Shown: positions 19,650 to 28,559 of the stretch, piece by piece
Layout: the number at the start of each line of letters is the position of its first letter
Position numbering within the stretch: position 1 is the first letter of the stretch
Made by a program: the position numbers and the translations under genes
DNA from: Actinomycetota bacterium
Lineage (GTDB): Bacteria; Actinomycetota; UBA4738; CALAEC01
Direction: 5' to 3'
Length of the DNA stretch: 61,739 nucleotides
Assembly: GCA_036000545.1 (NCBI GenBank)
Contig: DASYVD010000050.1
Coordinates: 1 to 61,739 of the forward strand
The notes under the pieces: generated by a model
The model's input: only the letters and a program-made list of their open reading frames with translations
Told to the model about the DNA's origin: nothing
The model's database searches: none

Positions 19650-21338
19650 GTGATGGGGGGGCGCGAGGGCGACCGTCCCGAGGAAAGCGTCGAGGACCTC
19701 TTCGACGACCTCGACAAGTTCTTCGAGCCCATCCGCGAGCCCGATTGGCCTCAAGTCGTTCCCGGTGAGCCTCCAGACCACGGCCCCCCGGTCCCCGAGG
19801 GAGAAGTTCCCCCCGATGCCGAGTGGCCGGAGATCACCGTGCCCGACGAGGCGGAGCTCCTCGGAGCGGGGACGGAGGGGGGAAAGGGTGGAGAATTGAA
19901 CCTGGACGACCTGAAGAAGGCCCCACCCCAGTACGCCGACTTGCCCGGGCCAAAGGGCGAGGAACCCGAGACCGCCGAGGGTCCAGCGCAGGCGGCGGCG
20001 GGAGACGAGCCCGATGAGGGAGCGAAGACGAGGAAGCGAGGCGGGGCCAAGCGCGGGGCGGCCAAGCGGGGGACCAGGCGGAAGACGAAACAGCCCGAAG
20101 AGGAGGCACCGGTCGAGGCCGAGACGCCCGCGGAGGCAGACGAAGAGGCCCTGGCCGCCGAGTTCGGGATGTTCGAGGAGCCGGTCCCTCCGGAGGAGCC
20201 CATCGAGGTTCTGGACGAGGGACAGGAGGCCCCCGCGTGGGAGTCGGACGGAACCGGGCCCGAGGCGGGTGAGGAAGAGCCCGATCTGGAGGCCGTCGAG
20301 GCCGCGGCGGAGCATTTCGCCGAAGGGCTCCGGGCAACCCCCGAAGAGGTGGAAGCGGATCTCCTGGCGGATCTGGAGGTTTCCCGCGAGGAGCCCGGAA
20401 CGGTGTCGATCGAGCCCCCGGGGCCCGGAACCGCGACCGCGACCTCGGCCGGCGCTCCCTCATGGCAAGAGCCGGGGATCGTCGCGGAGACCGAGGAGAT
20501 CGTCCCGCCTCCTCCGACCCCGGGCCGCAACCTGGTCGCGGCGTTCACGACCGGTGTCATCCTGGCCGCCCTGGCGCTGGCCCTCCTGGCGTGGGGGAAT
20601 GCGCCTTTCGCCTTCCTGGCCGGCGCGGTGATCCTTCTGGGGCAGGGGGAGCTTTACGCGGTAATGCGGATGCGCGGCCGCCAGCCGGCCACCGCCCTGG
20701 GGCTCGTGGCCGGGCTCTTCACCGTCGCCGGCGGGTACATCGCCGGGGAACCCGGAGTGCTGCTCGGCGTGGCCCTGGCTATGTTGACGAGTGTTCTCTG
20801 GTATATGGCGGCGCCCCCGGCGGCGCGGAAGGGAACCACCGTGGACGTGGGGGCGACCGTGCTGGGTGTGGTGTACGTACCCTTCCTCGCTTCCTTCGCA
20901 CTGGTGATGCTGCGGGTTGACCCGGCCGAGGTGGGGCGAAACCTCCTCCTCGCGGTGGTCGGTCTGACGATCCTCTACGACATCCTGGCCTACGCCGTGG
21001 GATCGATGTGGGGGGACCGGGCCCTGGCTCCCACGGTCAGCCCGTCGAAGTCGTGGGAGGGTGCCATCGGGGCGACGCTCCTGATCTTGTTGGTGGCCAT
21101 ATCGCTGGTGCCGTCGATCGAGCCGTTCACCCCCACCAGGGCGGTCGGCCTGGCCCTGATCGTGGCGATCTTCGCCCCGATCGGGGACCTCGTCGAGTCG
21201 GCGTTCAAGCGCGACCTCGGGGTCAAGGACATGAGCAGCATCCTCCCAGGACACGGGGGGATCCTCGATCGCATCGACTCCATCCTGTTCACGGCCCCCG
21301 CGGCCTGGTACTTCTTCCGTCTGGTGATCCTCGGCTAG
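19650..21338 (+). CDS. cdsA: Phosphatidate cytidylyltransferase (CdsA) fused to an acidic low-complexity N-terminal extension of about 290 aa
   Basis: The C-terminal about 270 aa are polytopic, with SKSWEGAIGATLL and FKRDLGVKDMSSILPGHGGILDRIDS (CTP-transferase signature). Upstream in the same frame there is no stop and G/C is frequent at third codon positions. Alternative internal GTG near 20403. Confidence 0.8.
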   Translation: MMGGREGDRPEESVEDLFDDLDKFFEPIREPDWPQVVPGEPPDHGPPVPEGEVPPDAEWPEITVPDEAELLGAGTEGGKGGELNLDDLKKAPPQYADLPGPKGEEPETAEGPAQAAAGDEPDEGAKTRKRGGAKRGAAKRGTRRKTKQPEEEAPVEAETPAEADEEALAAEFGMFEEPVPPEEPIEVLDEGQEAPAWESDGTGPEAGEEEPDLEAVEAAAEHFAEGLRATPEEVEADLLADLEVSREEPGTVSIEPPGPGTATATSAGAPSWQEPGIVAETEEIVPPPPTPGRNLVAAFTTGVILAALALALLAWGNAPFAFLAGAVILLGQGELYAVMRMRGRQPATALGLVAGLFTVAGGYIAGEPGVLLGVALAMLTSVLWYMAAPPAARKGTTVDVGATVLGVVYVPFLASFALVMLRVDPAEVGRNLLLAVVGLTILYDILAYAVGSMWGDRALAPTVSPSKSWEGAIGATLLILLVAISLVPSIEPFTPTRAVGLALIVAIFAPIGDLVESAFKRDLGVKDMSSILPGHGGILDRIDSILFTAPAAWYFFRLVILG

Positions 21339-21362
21339 GTTCGCTCCTTATCTTTCTCCGTC

Positions 21363-21455
21363 CGGTGCCCTTGGCAGCGTCCTTCGGCCCGGGGGAATGC
21401 AGCAGCCTGATCCGCTCGGCCTCGCCTCGGGGGGCTGCTGCCCCCCTGGACCCCC
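21363..21455 (-). repeat. Family-A structured intergenic repeat, copy A3, inverted orientation (cdsA | dxr spacer)
   Basis: The reverse complement reads GGGGGTCCAGGGGGGCAGCAGCCCCCCGAGGCGAGGCCGAGCGGATCAGGCTGCTGCATTCCCCCGGGCCGAAGGACGCTGCCAAGGGCACCG, nearly colinear with A2. The terminal hairpin is degraded. Confidence 0.75.
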
Positions 21456-21502
21456 TAGCGTTTTCTCTGAATTTCGCGAGACGACCGGGTACATTGGGAT
21501 TC

Positions 21503-22660
21503 GTGCGGCGACTGATCATCCTCGGTTCGACGGGGTCCATCGGGACCCAGGCGCTCGATGTCGTCCGCCGGCACCCCGACCGGTTCGAGATCGTGGCCCT
21601 GGCCGCGGCGACCAAGCACGAGCTTCTCGTGGGGCAGGTCCGCGAGTTCATGCCGCCGGTGGTCGGGGTGACCGAGGAGACCGCGGCCCAGGAGCTTCGT
21701 GCTGGCCTGGAGGGCCTGCGAAGCCCTGACATCGTGACCGGGCCCGACGCCGCGGAGCGGCTGGCTCGTGACGTCGAAGCCGACATGGTGGTCAACGCCA
21801 TGGTCGGGGCGGTGGGGCTGCCCCCCACCCTGGCCGCCCTCCAGTCCGGGAAGATGCTGGCCCTGGCCAACAAAGAGAGCTTGGTGGTCGGGGGAGAGCT
21901 GGTCCTCGACCTGGTCAAGGGGGAGCCGGAGCGGCTCATCCCCGTGGACTCGGAGCATGCCGCGCTGGCCCAGTGTCTCCGGGGAGAGCGACGGGAGGAC
22001 CTCAGGCGGGTGGTCCTCACCGCTTCGGGGGGACCGTTCAGGGGGTGGACCCGCGAAGAGCTGGCCAAAGCTTCGGTGAAGGAGGCTCTAGCCCACCCCA
22101 CGTGGCGGATGGGCCCCAAAATCACCATCGATTCGGCCACCCTGATGAACAAAGGCCTGGAGGTCATCGAGGCCCACTACCTCTTCCGGCTCGAGTTCTC
22201 TCAGATCGACGTGGTGGTGCACCCGGAGAGCGTGATCCACGGCCTGGCCGAGTTCACCGACGGGAGCTTCATCGCCCAGCTCGCCGAACCCCTGATGCGC
22301 CTGCCGATCCAGCTGGCCCTGGCCTACCCGGATCGTCTGGAGAAAGGTGTCCGGTCGCTCGATCTGGCCTCGCTGCGGAAGCTCACCTTCGAGCCCGTGG
22401 ATGTGGAGGCCTTCCCGGCCCTCGATCTGGCATATCGGGCCGGGAGGATGGGTGCCACGTTCCCCGCGGTGCTGAACGCGGCCAACGAGGTCGGGGTGAT
22501 GGCCTTCCTCGAAGGGAAGATCCCCCTCACGGGGATCGCCGACGTGGTGGCCTCGGTTCTCGACGAGCACGAGCCGGCGTCGGTCGTCTCACTGGTCACC
22601 CTGGACCGGGCCGACCGCTGGGCTCGCCGCCGGGCGGCAGAGCTCATCGAGGCATCCTGA
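21503..22660 (+). CDS. dxr: 1-deoxy-D-xylulose 5-phosphate reductoisomerase
   Basis: GTG start gives VRRLIILGSTGSIGTQALDV (NADPH-binding N-terminus). LANKESLV, DSEHAAL, NKGLEVIEAH. In-frame TTG 21494 is an alternative start. Confidence 0.93.
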   Translation: MRRLIILGSTGSIGTQALDVVRRHPDRFEIVALAAATKHELLVGQVREFMPPVVGVTEETAAQELRAGLEGLRSPDIVTGPDAAERLARDVEADMVVNAMVGAVGLPPTLAALQSGKMLALANKESLVVGGELVLDLVKGEPERLIPVDSEHAALAQCLRGERREDLRRVVLTASGGPFRGWTREELAKASVKEALAHPTWRMGPKITIDSATLMNKGLEVIEAHYLFRLEFSQIDVVVHPESVIHGLAEFTDGSFIAQLAEPLMRLPIQLALAYPDRLEKGVRSLDLASLRKLTFEPVDVEAFPALDLAYRAGRMGATFPAVLNAANEVGVMAFLEGKIPLTGIADVVASVLDEHEPASVVSLVTLDRADRWARRRAAELIEAS

Positions 22661-23880
22661 TGCCCCGGCGCCGGGAGGGCGCGTCCACGCCCGAGCGCCA
22701 GGAGACCGCCGGGACGCCAGGGTGGATCTCGCTTCTGTTCTTTGTCGCGGCGGTGGCAGCGCTGCTGTTGGCCGGGATGGGGGTATTCCTCTTCGTCATC
22801 GGCGTGTTCGTGATGATCCTGGCCCACGAGGCAGGCCACTTCGTCACCGCTCGGGCCTTCGGCATCAAGGTCGAGGAGTTCTTCCTCGGGTTCGGGCCTC
22901 GGCTGTGGTCGGTTCGCCGCGGCGAGACGGAGTACGGGATCAAGGCCATCCCGGCCGGAGGCTACGTGCGGATCGCCGGCATGAACCCGTTCCAGGAGCC
23001 GGCTCCCGAGGACCGTCCAAGGACCTTCGGTGTCAAGCCGGCCTGGCAGCGGGCCATCGTTCTGGTGGCCGGGTCGGCCACCCACTTCGTGCTGGCGTTT
23101 CTGGCCCTGGCCCTGTTCTTCGGGGCCCTGGGGGTCCCCAGGGCCCGGGTGGCCCGAGTCGAGCCGACCCTCGGCGATGCCCCCTCACCGGCGGCACAAG
23201 CCGGCATCCAGCCGGGCGACGAGGTATTGGCCGTGGACGGGCAGGAGGTCACGTACGACGAGTTCCTCGTCTACACCCGGAGCCACGTGGGAGAGGAGAT
23301 CGACGTCGTCGTGGAGCGCGACGGACGGCGTATCACCCTCAGCGCTACCCCGGTCCTCGCTCGGGTGGGCCGCCAGCAGGTGGGCCGGCTGGGGATCGTC
23401 CTCGAACCGGGAGGTCGACTGCGGGCCGGGCCCGTTGAAGCTGTGGTACAGGGGGTCTGGTTCACCGGGCAGATGGTGGTCCGGTCGTTCGAGGCTCTCG
23501 GGAGGACGTTCAGCCCCGACGGCCTGCGCCGGTTCGCGGACGTCCTCTCCGGTGACCGCCCTCGCCAAGTCGACGACGTTACCAGCGTCGTGGGTGCGGC
23601 CAGGCTGTCGGGCCAGGCCGTCGCCGCGGGCCAGATCGACTTGCTGCTGCTGATGTTCGCGGGCTTCAACGTCTTCGTGGGCATCCTGAACCTGCTGCCG
23701 CTCCCGCCGCTCGACGGCGGGCACCTGGCCGTTGTTGCCATCGAGAAGGTCATCCGCCGGAAGGTGGACGTCCGTCGCCTCGTCCCCATCTCTGCCGCCG
23801 TTGCCGGCTTCCTCATTCTCTTGATGCTCACCACGCTCTACCTCGACGTCGTCCGCCCGCTGCCGAATCCGTTCCAGTAG
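22660..23880 (+). CDS. M50 family site-2 metalloprotease (RseP/Rip1-like) with a PDZ domain
   Basis: ATG overlaps the dxr stop. [16 protein letters not shown] (HExxH), a PDZ-like central region, [12 protein letters not shown] (LDG motif). Confidence 0.9.
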   Translation: MPRRREGASTPERQETAGTPGWISLLFFVAAVAALLLAGMGVFLFVIGVFVMILAHEAGHFVTARAFGIKVEEFFLGFGPRLWSVRRGETEYGIKAIPAGGYVRIAGMNPFQEPAPEDRPRTFGVKPAWQRAIVLVAGSATHFVLAFLALALFFGALGVPRARVARVEPTLGDAPSPAAQAGIQPGDEVLAVDGQEVTYDEFLVYTRSHVGEEIDVVVERDGRRITLSATPVLARVGRQQVGRLGIVLEPGGRLRAGPVEAVVQGVWFTGQMVVRSFEALGRTFSPDGLRRFADVLSGDRPRQVDDVTSVVGAARLSGQAVAAGQIDLLLLMFAGFNVFVGILNLLPLPPLDGGHLAVVAIEKVIRRKVDVRRLVPISAAVAGFLILLMLTTLYLDVVRPLPNPFQ

Positions 23881-24091
23881 ATTCGGGCCTGCGGTCGGGA
23901 ACGGCGTGCCCCTCGTGGGTGCGGATTCGGCTCACCTGCTCGGTCGATCTCGGAGGGCGAAACGCGCGTCTCTCCGGGCCCTCGAGCCACGCGTTTGCCG
24001 CCGCTCCTCGATCTCCCTCGCGACGGCTCGCCTCATACGCACCGCTCCGGGGCATCGCCGCCCCCGCCTGGGCACCCGATACACTTGGATC

Positions 24092-25189
24092 GTGATCGGG
24101 GAGCGGCGGAAGTCGAGGAAAATCAAGGTCGGATGGGTCGAGGTCGGCGGGGATGCGCCGGTGCGCGTCCAGTCCATGACCACGACCAAGACTGCCGACG
24201 TCAACGCCACCCTGCAGCAGATGGCCGCGCTGGTCGCCACGGGGTGCGAGATCGTCCGCGTGGCCGTGCCCCACAAGGAGGACGCCGATGCCCTGAAGAC
24301 GATCGCCGAGCACGCGACCATTCCGGTGATCGCGGACATCCACTTCCAGTGGCGCTACGCCATGATGGCCCTGGAGGGGGGGATCCACGGGCTTCGTATC
24401 AACCCGGGCAACATCAAGTACCAGGACAAAGTGCGGCTGATCGCCCAGGAAGCCAAAGCCCGGGGAGTCCCCATCCGGATCGGAGTTAACGCGGGCTCGC
24501 TAGAGAAGGCGCTCCTCGAGAAGCACGGACGCCCTTCGGCGGAAGCCCTGGTCGAGTCCGCCCTCAACGAGGCTCGAATCCTGGAGGACGAGGACTTCAC
24601 CGACATCAAGATCTCCGTGAAGCACTCCAAGCCCGTGGAGATGATCCGGGCCTACCGGATGCTCGCGGAGAAGTGCGACTACCCGCTACATCTCGGCGTC
24701 ACGGAGGCAGGTCCGATCCCTCACGGCGCCGTGAAGTCCGCGGTGGGGATCGGGACGCTCCTGGCGGAGGGCATCGGTGACACTATCCGCGTCTCGCTCA
24801 CCGACGACCCCGTCGAGGAGGTCAAGGTGGGCATCTGGATTCTCCAGTCGCTGGGCCTGCGGAAGCGGGGGCTGGACCTGGTGGCGTGTCCTTCCTGCGG
24901 GCGTGCCGAGGTGGACGTCCTCGGGCTGACCAAGCAGGTGAACGAGGCGCTCGAGCGGGAGGGGATCAAGGCGCCGATCCGGGTGGCCGTGATGGGGTGC
25001 GTCGTCAACGGGCCGGGCGAGGCCCGGGAGGCCGACCTGGGCATCGCCGCGGGAAAGGGATACGGCCAGCTGATCGTCCGGGGCGAGGTCCAGGCCAACC
25101 GGATCCCCGAGGACAGGTTCGTCGAGGTCCTGATCGAGGAGGCCAGAAAGATGGCCGCCGCCCAGGAGACTGAACCGGCCCAGGCCTAG
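24092..25189 (+). CDS. ispG: 4-hydroxy-3-methylbut-2-enyl diphosphate synthase
   Basis: [32 protein letters not shown] aligns with IspG N-termini. CPSCGR and GCVVNGPGE Fe-S motifs. The ORF track's longer start (23906) adds an Arg-rich, non-homologous-looking 62 aa. Confidence 0.88.
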   Translation: MIGERRKSRKIKVGWVEVGGDAPVRVQSMTTTKTADVNATLQQMAALVATGCEIVRVAVPHKEDADALKTIAEHATIPVIADIHFQWRYAMMALEGGIHGLRINPGNIKYQDKVRLIAQEAKARGVPIRIGVNAGSLEKALLEKHGRPSAEALVESALNEARILEDEDFTDIKISVKHSKPVEMIRAYRMLAEKCDYPLHLGVTEAGPIPHGAVKSAVGIGTLLAEGIGDTIRVSLTDDPVEEVKVGIWILQSLGLRKRGLDLVACPSCGRAEVDVLGLTKQVNEALEREGIKAPIRVAVMGCVVNGPGEAREADLGIAAGKGYGQLIVRGEVQANRIPEDRFVEVLIEEARKMAAAQETEPAQA

Positions 25190-25220
25190 TCCGCCCTACC
25201 CAACCCGCTCCTCGCCCGCT

Positions 25221-25226
25221 TACACT
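25221..25226 (+). promoter_or_regulatory. Candidate -10 hexamer TACACT, 9 nt before the ATG of cyclase-STAND paralog 1
   Basis: The 10-mer TACACTGCCC is identical to the one at 46510-46519 in front of paralog 2. No SD in the gap. Confidence 0.4.
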
Positions 25227-25235
25227 GCCCGCGCG

Positions 25236-28200
25236 ATGCGGTGCCCAACGTGTGGCTTCGAGAACCCGGCAGGGTTCAGGTTTTGCGGGTTCTGCGGAAC
25301 GGCGCTGGCTCGGGCGTGCCCGAACTGCGGCGCGGAGGTTCCCGAGGGGTTCCGCTTCTGTGGCACGTGCGGCCATCCGATGGATGAATCGCCAGCCGAG
25401 GCCCCTGCCGCCGGGCTGCCGAGCGAGCGGCGCCCGGTCACCATCCTCTTCGCGGACCTGGTGGGCTTCTCCACGCTCGCGGAGCACATGGATCCCGAGG
25501 AGCTTCGCGGGCTCATAACGGACACATTCGCCGAGCTGACGGCCGAAGTGGAGAAGCGCGAGGGAACGGTGGAGAAGTTCATCGGCGACGCGGTGATGGC
25601 CGTGTTCGGCGTTCCGCAAACCCACGAGGATGACCCCCGCCGCGCGGTCGAGACGGCCCTGGCGATGCTCGAGGCGGTGAAGCAGAGATCCGAGAAGACC
25701 CCCACGCCACTGGAGCTTCGAATCGGGATCAACAGCGGCCTGGTGGTGTCGGGCACTGTGGGTGATGGGACCCAGCCAGGCATCATGGGCGACGCGGTGA
25801 ACGTCGCCGCCCGGCTGCAACAGGCAGCCGATCCCGGCGAGATCGTTGTCTCCGACTCGGTGTGGAAGAGAGTCCGCGACGGGTACGAGGCGCAGGCCAT
25901 GGGCTCTCTCGAGGTCAAGGGGCGCGACCAGGCCGTGCAGGGCCACCGCGTGGTGCGTCCCCGCGAACCGACGGCCCGGAGACAGGCGCCATTCGTCGGG
26001 AGGCAGGAGGAGCTGGCCCTCCTCGACCTCCTGTGGTCGAACGCGGCCAAAGGGAACACGCACGTGGTGAGTGTGGTGGGAGAGCCCGGGGTGGGAAAGT
26101 CGCGGCTTCTCACTCAGCTTGCCCCGCGCCCCGGGTCGCTCGAGGTCCGGATCACGTGTGGGTCGGAGCGAGCGTTCGGCCCGTTCCTCGACCTGATCGA
26201 GCGAACGCTCGGGGGGATGCCTTCGGACATGGAGGATCTCCACCGGAAAGCCGCGGCAATCGGGGTCGACGAGGAGACGGCTCGCTTGCTTTCCGCTTTC
26301 CTCGGTCTTGGGGACGCACCTCCGGTAGTGCGGATGGCGGACGAGCAGCAAAAGCGGCAGGTGTTCGCAGGGGTATGGCAGTTCCTGCTGGCCGCCCGAG
26401 GAGATCGCCCTGCCTTGATCGTGCTCGACGACGTTCACTGGGCCGACCTCTCCTCCCTCGAACTGCTGGGCTTTTTGCTCGAGCGACTCGGTGGAATCCC
26501 GCTCATGTTCGTGCTGGCCTATCGGCCCGGGTTCGAGCGGGTCGAGCAAGCGACCCTCCGAGCCAGCCATACGGGGATCCGGCTCGAACCGCTTTCGGCG
26601 GAGGAAAGCGTCCAACTGGCCCGAGGATTCCTGGGAGTCGGCGAGCTTCCCTCGGATCTTGAGCGGATCGTCGCTACGCGGGCCGAGGGCAACCCTTTCT
26701 TCATCGAGGAGTTGCTCCAAGCGCTGATCGAGCTGGGCTCGCTGGCGATCTTGGACGGGAAGGCCGTTCTCGCCAGAGTCGACGTGGACATCCCCGACAG
26801 TGTGCAGGGCACCATCCTCGCCAGGGCCGACCGGCTCGGGCCGGCCGAACGAGCGGTGCTCCAGCGTGCCGCCGTGCTGGGAAGGAACTTCTCCACGGAG
26901 CTGATCCAAGCGCTCGCGGACGCCGAGGACGTGGTCTCCGCCTTGGAGGAGCTGGCCCGCTCGCAGCTCATCGTGTCGCAGGGCCCGGGCCACTGGACCT
27001 TCAAGCACGCCCTGATCCAGGAGGTGGTCTACGACACGCTTCTGCTCCGTCAGCGGAAGGAGATACACCGGAAGGTAGCCGAGGCTCTGGAGGCGCGCGC
27101 TGGCGACGACCCGGCGCCCCTCGAGGTCCTCGCGGAGCACTACGCGAAGGCGGAGGTGTCGGAGAAGGCCCGGCAGTATGCGCTCGCCGCCGGGGATCTG
27201 GCCAGGGACCGGATGGGATTCGTCGAAGCCCGGGCCCGGTACGAGACCGCCTTTCGCCTGTGGGGCGAGGGCGACGAGCCGGGTCGTCTCGAGCTGCTCA
27301 CGAAGCTGGGGTGGGCCCGGTTTCTTGGAGGCGATGTGGGGGGAGCCAGGACCGCCTACGTCGAGGCGGAGGCAGGGTGGAGAGCTATCGGAGACGTGGT
27401 CAGGGCCGGGGGAGCCCTGGCCACGCTGGGCCGCATCCTGTGGAATACGGGGGAGGGAGAACGGGCCAGCCAGGCTCTGAAGCGGGCCATCGAGGTCCTT
27501 GAGCCGGGCGGCCCCTCACCCGAGCTCCTTCAAGCGCACGTGTGGCTGTCAACCCAGCGGATGTTGCTGGGGCAGACCGACGATTCCGTCACATTGGCCA
27601 CCCGGGGCCTGGAGATCGAGGAGGTCCTTCACCTGGACGGACCCCGCTCTCAGCTCCTCAACAACCTCGGAGTCTGCCTCTCACAGCGCGGCGATCCGGC
27701 GGCCCTGGACCGGCTGCGGGAAGCGCGGGAGCTTGCGGAGCGGTCGGGCGACGCGGAGGCCCGCGGCCGTATCTACACGAACCTTCCCTCAGTCCTCGCC
27801 GTGTTCTCCCGCCACCGGGAAGCCGTCGAGCTGTGCGAACGGGGGCGTGAAGCGATGAGGCAGCTCGGCGCTCCTAGCTTCGAACAATTCATCGCCGCCA
27901 ACGAAGCCAGCTCTCTAATGGAGATGGGAAGGTACGAGGACGCCGAAGCGCTGAGCCGGGAAGCGCTCGACCAATTGCGGGTGATCGGCTCGGTGCCCGG
28001 TATCGTCAACTCCGGCATGACCCTGGCAGACAGCATGTCCAGGAGGGGTCGATACGAAGACGCCGCGCGCCTGGCGGACGACGTCGTCCCACTCGCCCGG
28101 GGCCTGGGGGGAGCCGAGTTCCTGTCGATAGCTCTCGCCACCCAGGCTCGGCTGGAGCAAGCTCGTGGCAACCTAGCCTCGGCCCGCCAGGCCATCGCGG

Positions 28201-28559
28201 AGGCCGCTGAGGAGGTCATGGCCACCCCGTCGGTGGCCCACGTCTTCGTCGTACTCGCACCCGCGGCGCGCCTGCTACCGGAGGAACGCACCAGGGAGCT
28301 TCTCGATCGAGTGAAACCGGTCGCGGTCGATCCCTCCTTCCAAGCCATCGTGGCCGAGGCTGAGGCGATTCTCGCCAGCGACCGAGACTTGTTCGCGAGG
28401 GCGGCCGACCTCTACGCCTCTCTCGAGCTGCCGTACCAGGAGGCCCGCTGCCGGCTGGAGGCCGGTGAGCTCGACCGGGCCCGGGAGATCATCGACCGGT
28501 ACGGGCTCCAGGACGGCCCGTTGGGCGCCCGGCTGCGGGAGCTGGAGGCTCGCGGCTAG
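25236..28559 (+). CDS. Double zinc ribbon + class III adenylate/guanylate cyclase + P-loop STAND/AAA ATPase + TPR protein (paralog 1)
   Basis: 1107 aa. CPTCGFENPAGFRFCGFCG...CPNCGAEVPEGFRFCGTCG; RRPVTILFADLVGFS, EKFIGDAVMAVFG, GDAVNVAARLQ (cyclase metal and transition-state motifs); GEPGVGKSRLL Walker A; LIVLDDVHWAD Walker B; Ala/Leu/Arg-rich TPR-like C-terminal half. No HTH seen. Confidence 0.85.
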   Translation: MRCPTCGFENPAGFRFCGFCGTALARACPNCGAEVPEGFRFCGTCGHPMDESPAEAPAAGLPSERRPVTILFADLVGFSTLAEHMDPEELRGLITDTFAELTAEVEKREGTVEKFIGDAVMAVFGVPQTHEDDPRRAVETALAMLEAVKQRSEKTPTPLELRIGINSGLVVSGTVGDGTQPGIMGDAVNVAARLQQAADPGEIVVSDSVWKRVRDGYEAQAMGSLEVKGRDQAVQGHRVVRPREPTARRQAPFVGRQEELALLDLLWSNAAKGNTHVVSVVGEPGVGKSRLLTQLAPRPGSLEVRITCGSERAFGPFLDLIERTLGGMPSDMEDLHRKAAAIGVDEETARLLSAFLGLGDAPPVVRMADEQQKRQVFAGVWQFLLAARGDRPALIVLDDVHWADLSSLELLGFLLERLGGIPLMFVLAYRPGFERVEQATLRASHTGIRLEPLSAEESVQLARGFLGVGELPSDLERIVATRAEGNPFFIEELLQALIELGSLAILDGKAVLARVDVDIPDSVQGTILARADRLGPAERAVLQRAAVLGRNFSTELIQALADAEDVVSALEELARSQLIVSQGPGHWTFKHALIQEVVYDTLLLRQRKEIHRKVAEALEARAGDDPAPLEVLAEHYAKAEVSEKARQYALAAGDLARDRMGFVEARARYETAFRLWGEGDEPGRLELLTKLGWARFLGGDVGGARTAYVEAEAGWRAIGDVVRAGGALATLGRILWNTGEGERASQALKRAIEVLEPGGPSPELLQAHVWLSTQRMLLGQTDDSVTLATRGLEIEEVLHLDGPRSQLLNNLGVCLSQRGDPAALDRLREARELAERSGDAEARGRIYTNLPSVLAVFSRHREAVELCERGREAMRQLGAPSFEQFIAANEASSLMEMGRYEDAEALSREALDQLRVIGSVPGIVNSGMTLADSMSRRGRYEDAARLADDVVPLARGLGGAEFLSIALATQARLEQARGNLASARQAIAEAAEEVMATPSVAHVFVVLAPAARLLPEERTRELLDRVKPVAVDPSFQAIVAEAEAILASDRDLFARAADLYASLELPYQEARCRLEAGELDRAREIIDRYGLQDGPLGARLRELEARG

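Noticed and set aside
23906-24091. Longer ispG start proposed by the ORF track (427 aa).
   Set aside because: The extra 62 residues are Arg/Ser/Leu-rich with no IspG homology. The conserved [10 protein letters not shown]...VQSMT block begins 4 codons after GTG 24092. Left as an alternative.
28556-28559. Both complete cyclase-STAND genes end in a CTAG where their TAG overlaps the stop of a convergent gene (also 50170..50173).
   Set aside because: A 4-nt palindromic stop overlap is a common consequence of tight convergent packing. Two cases are not enough to infer function.
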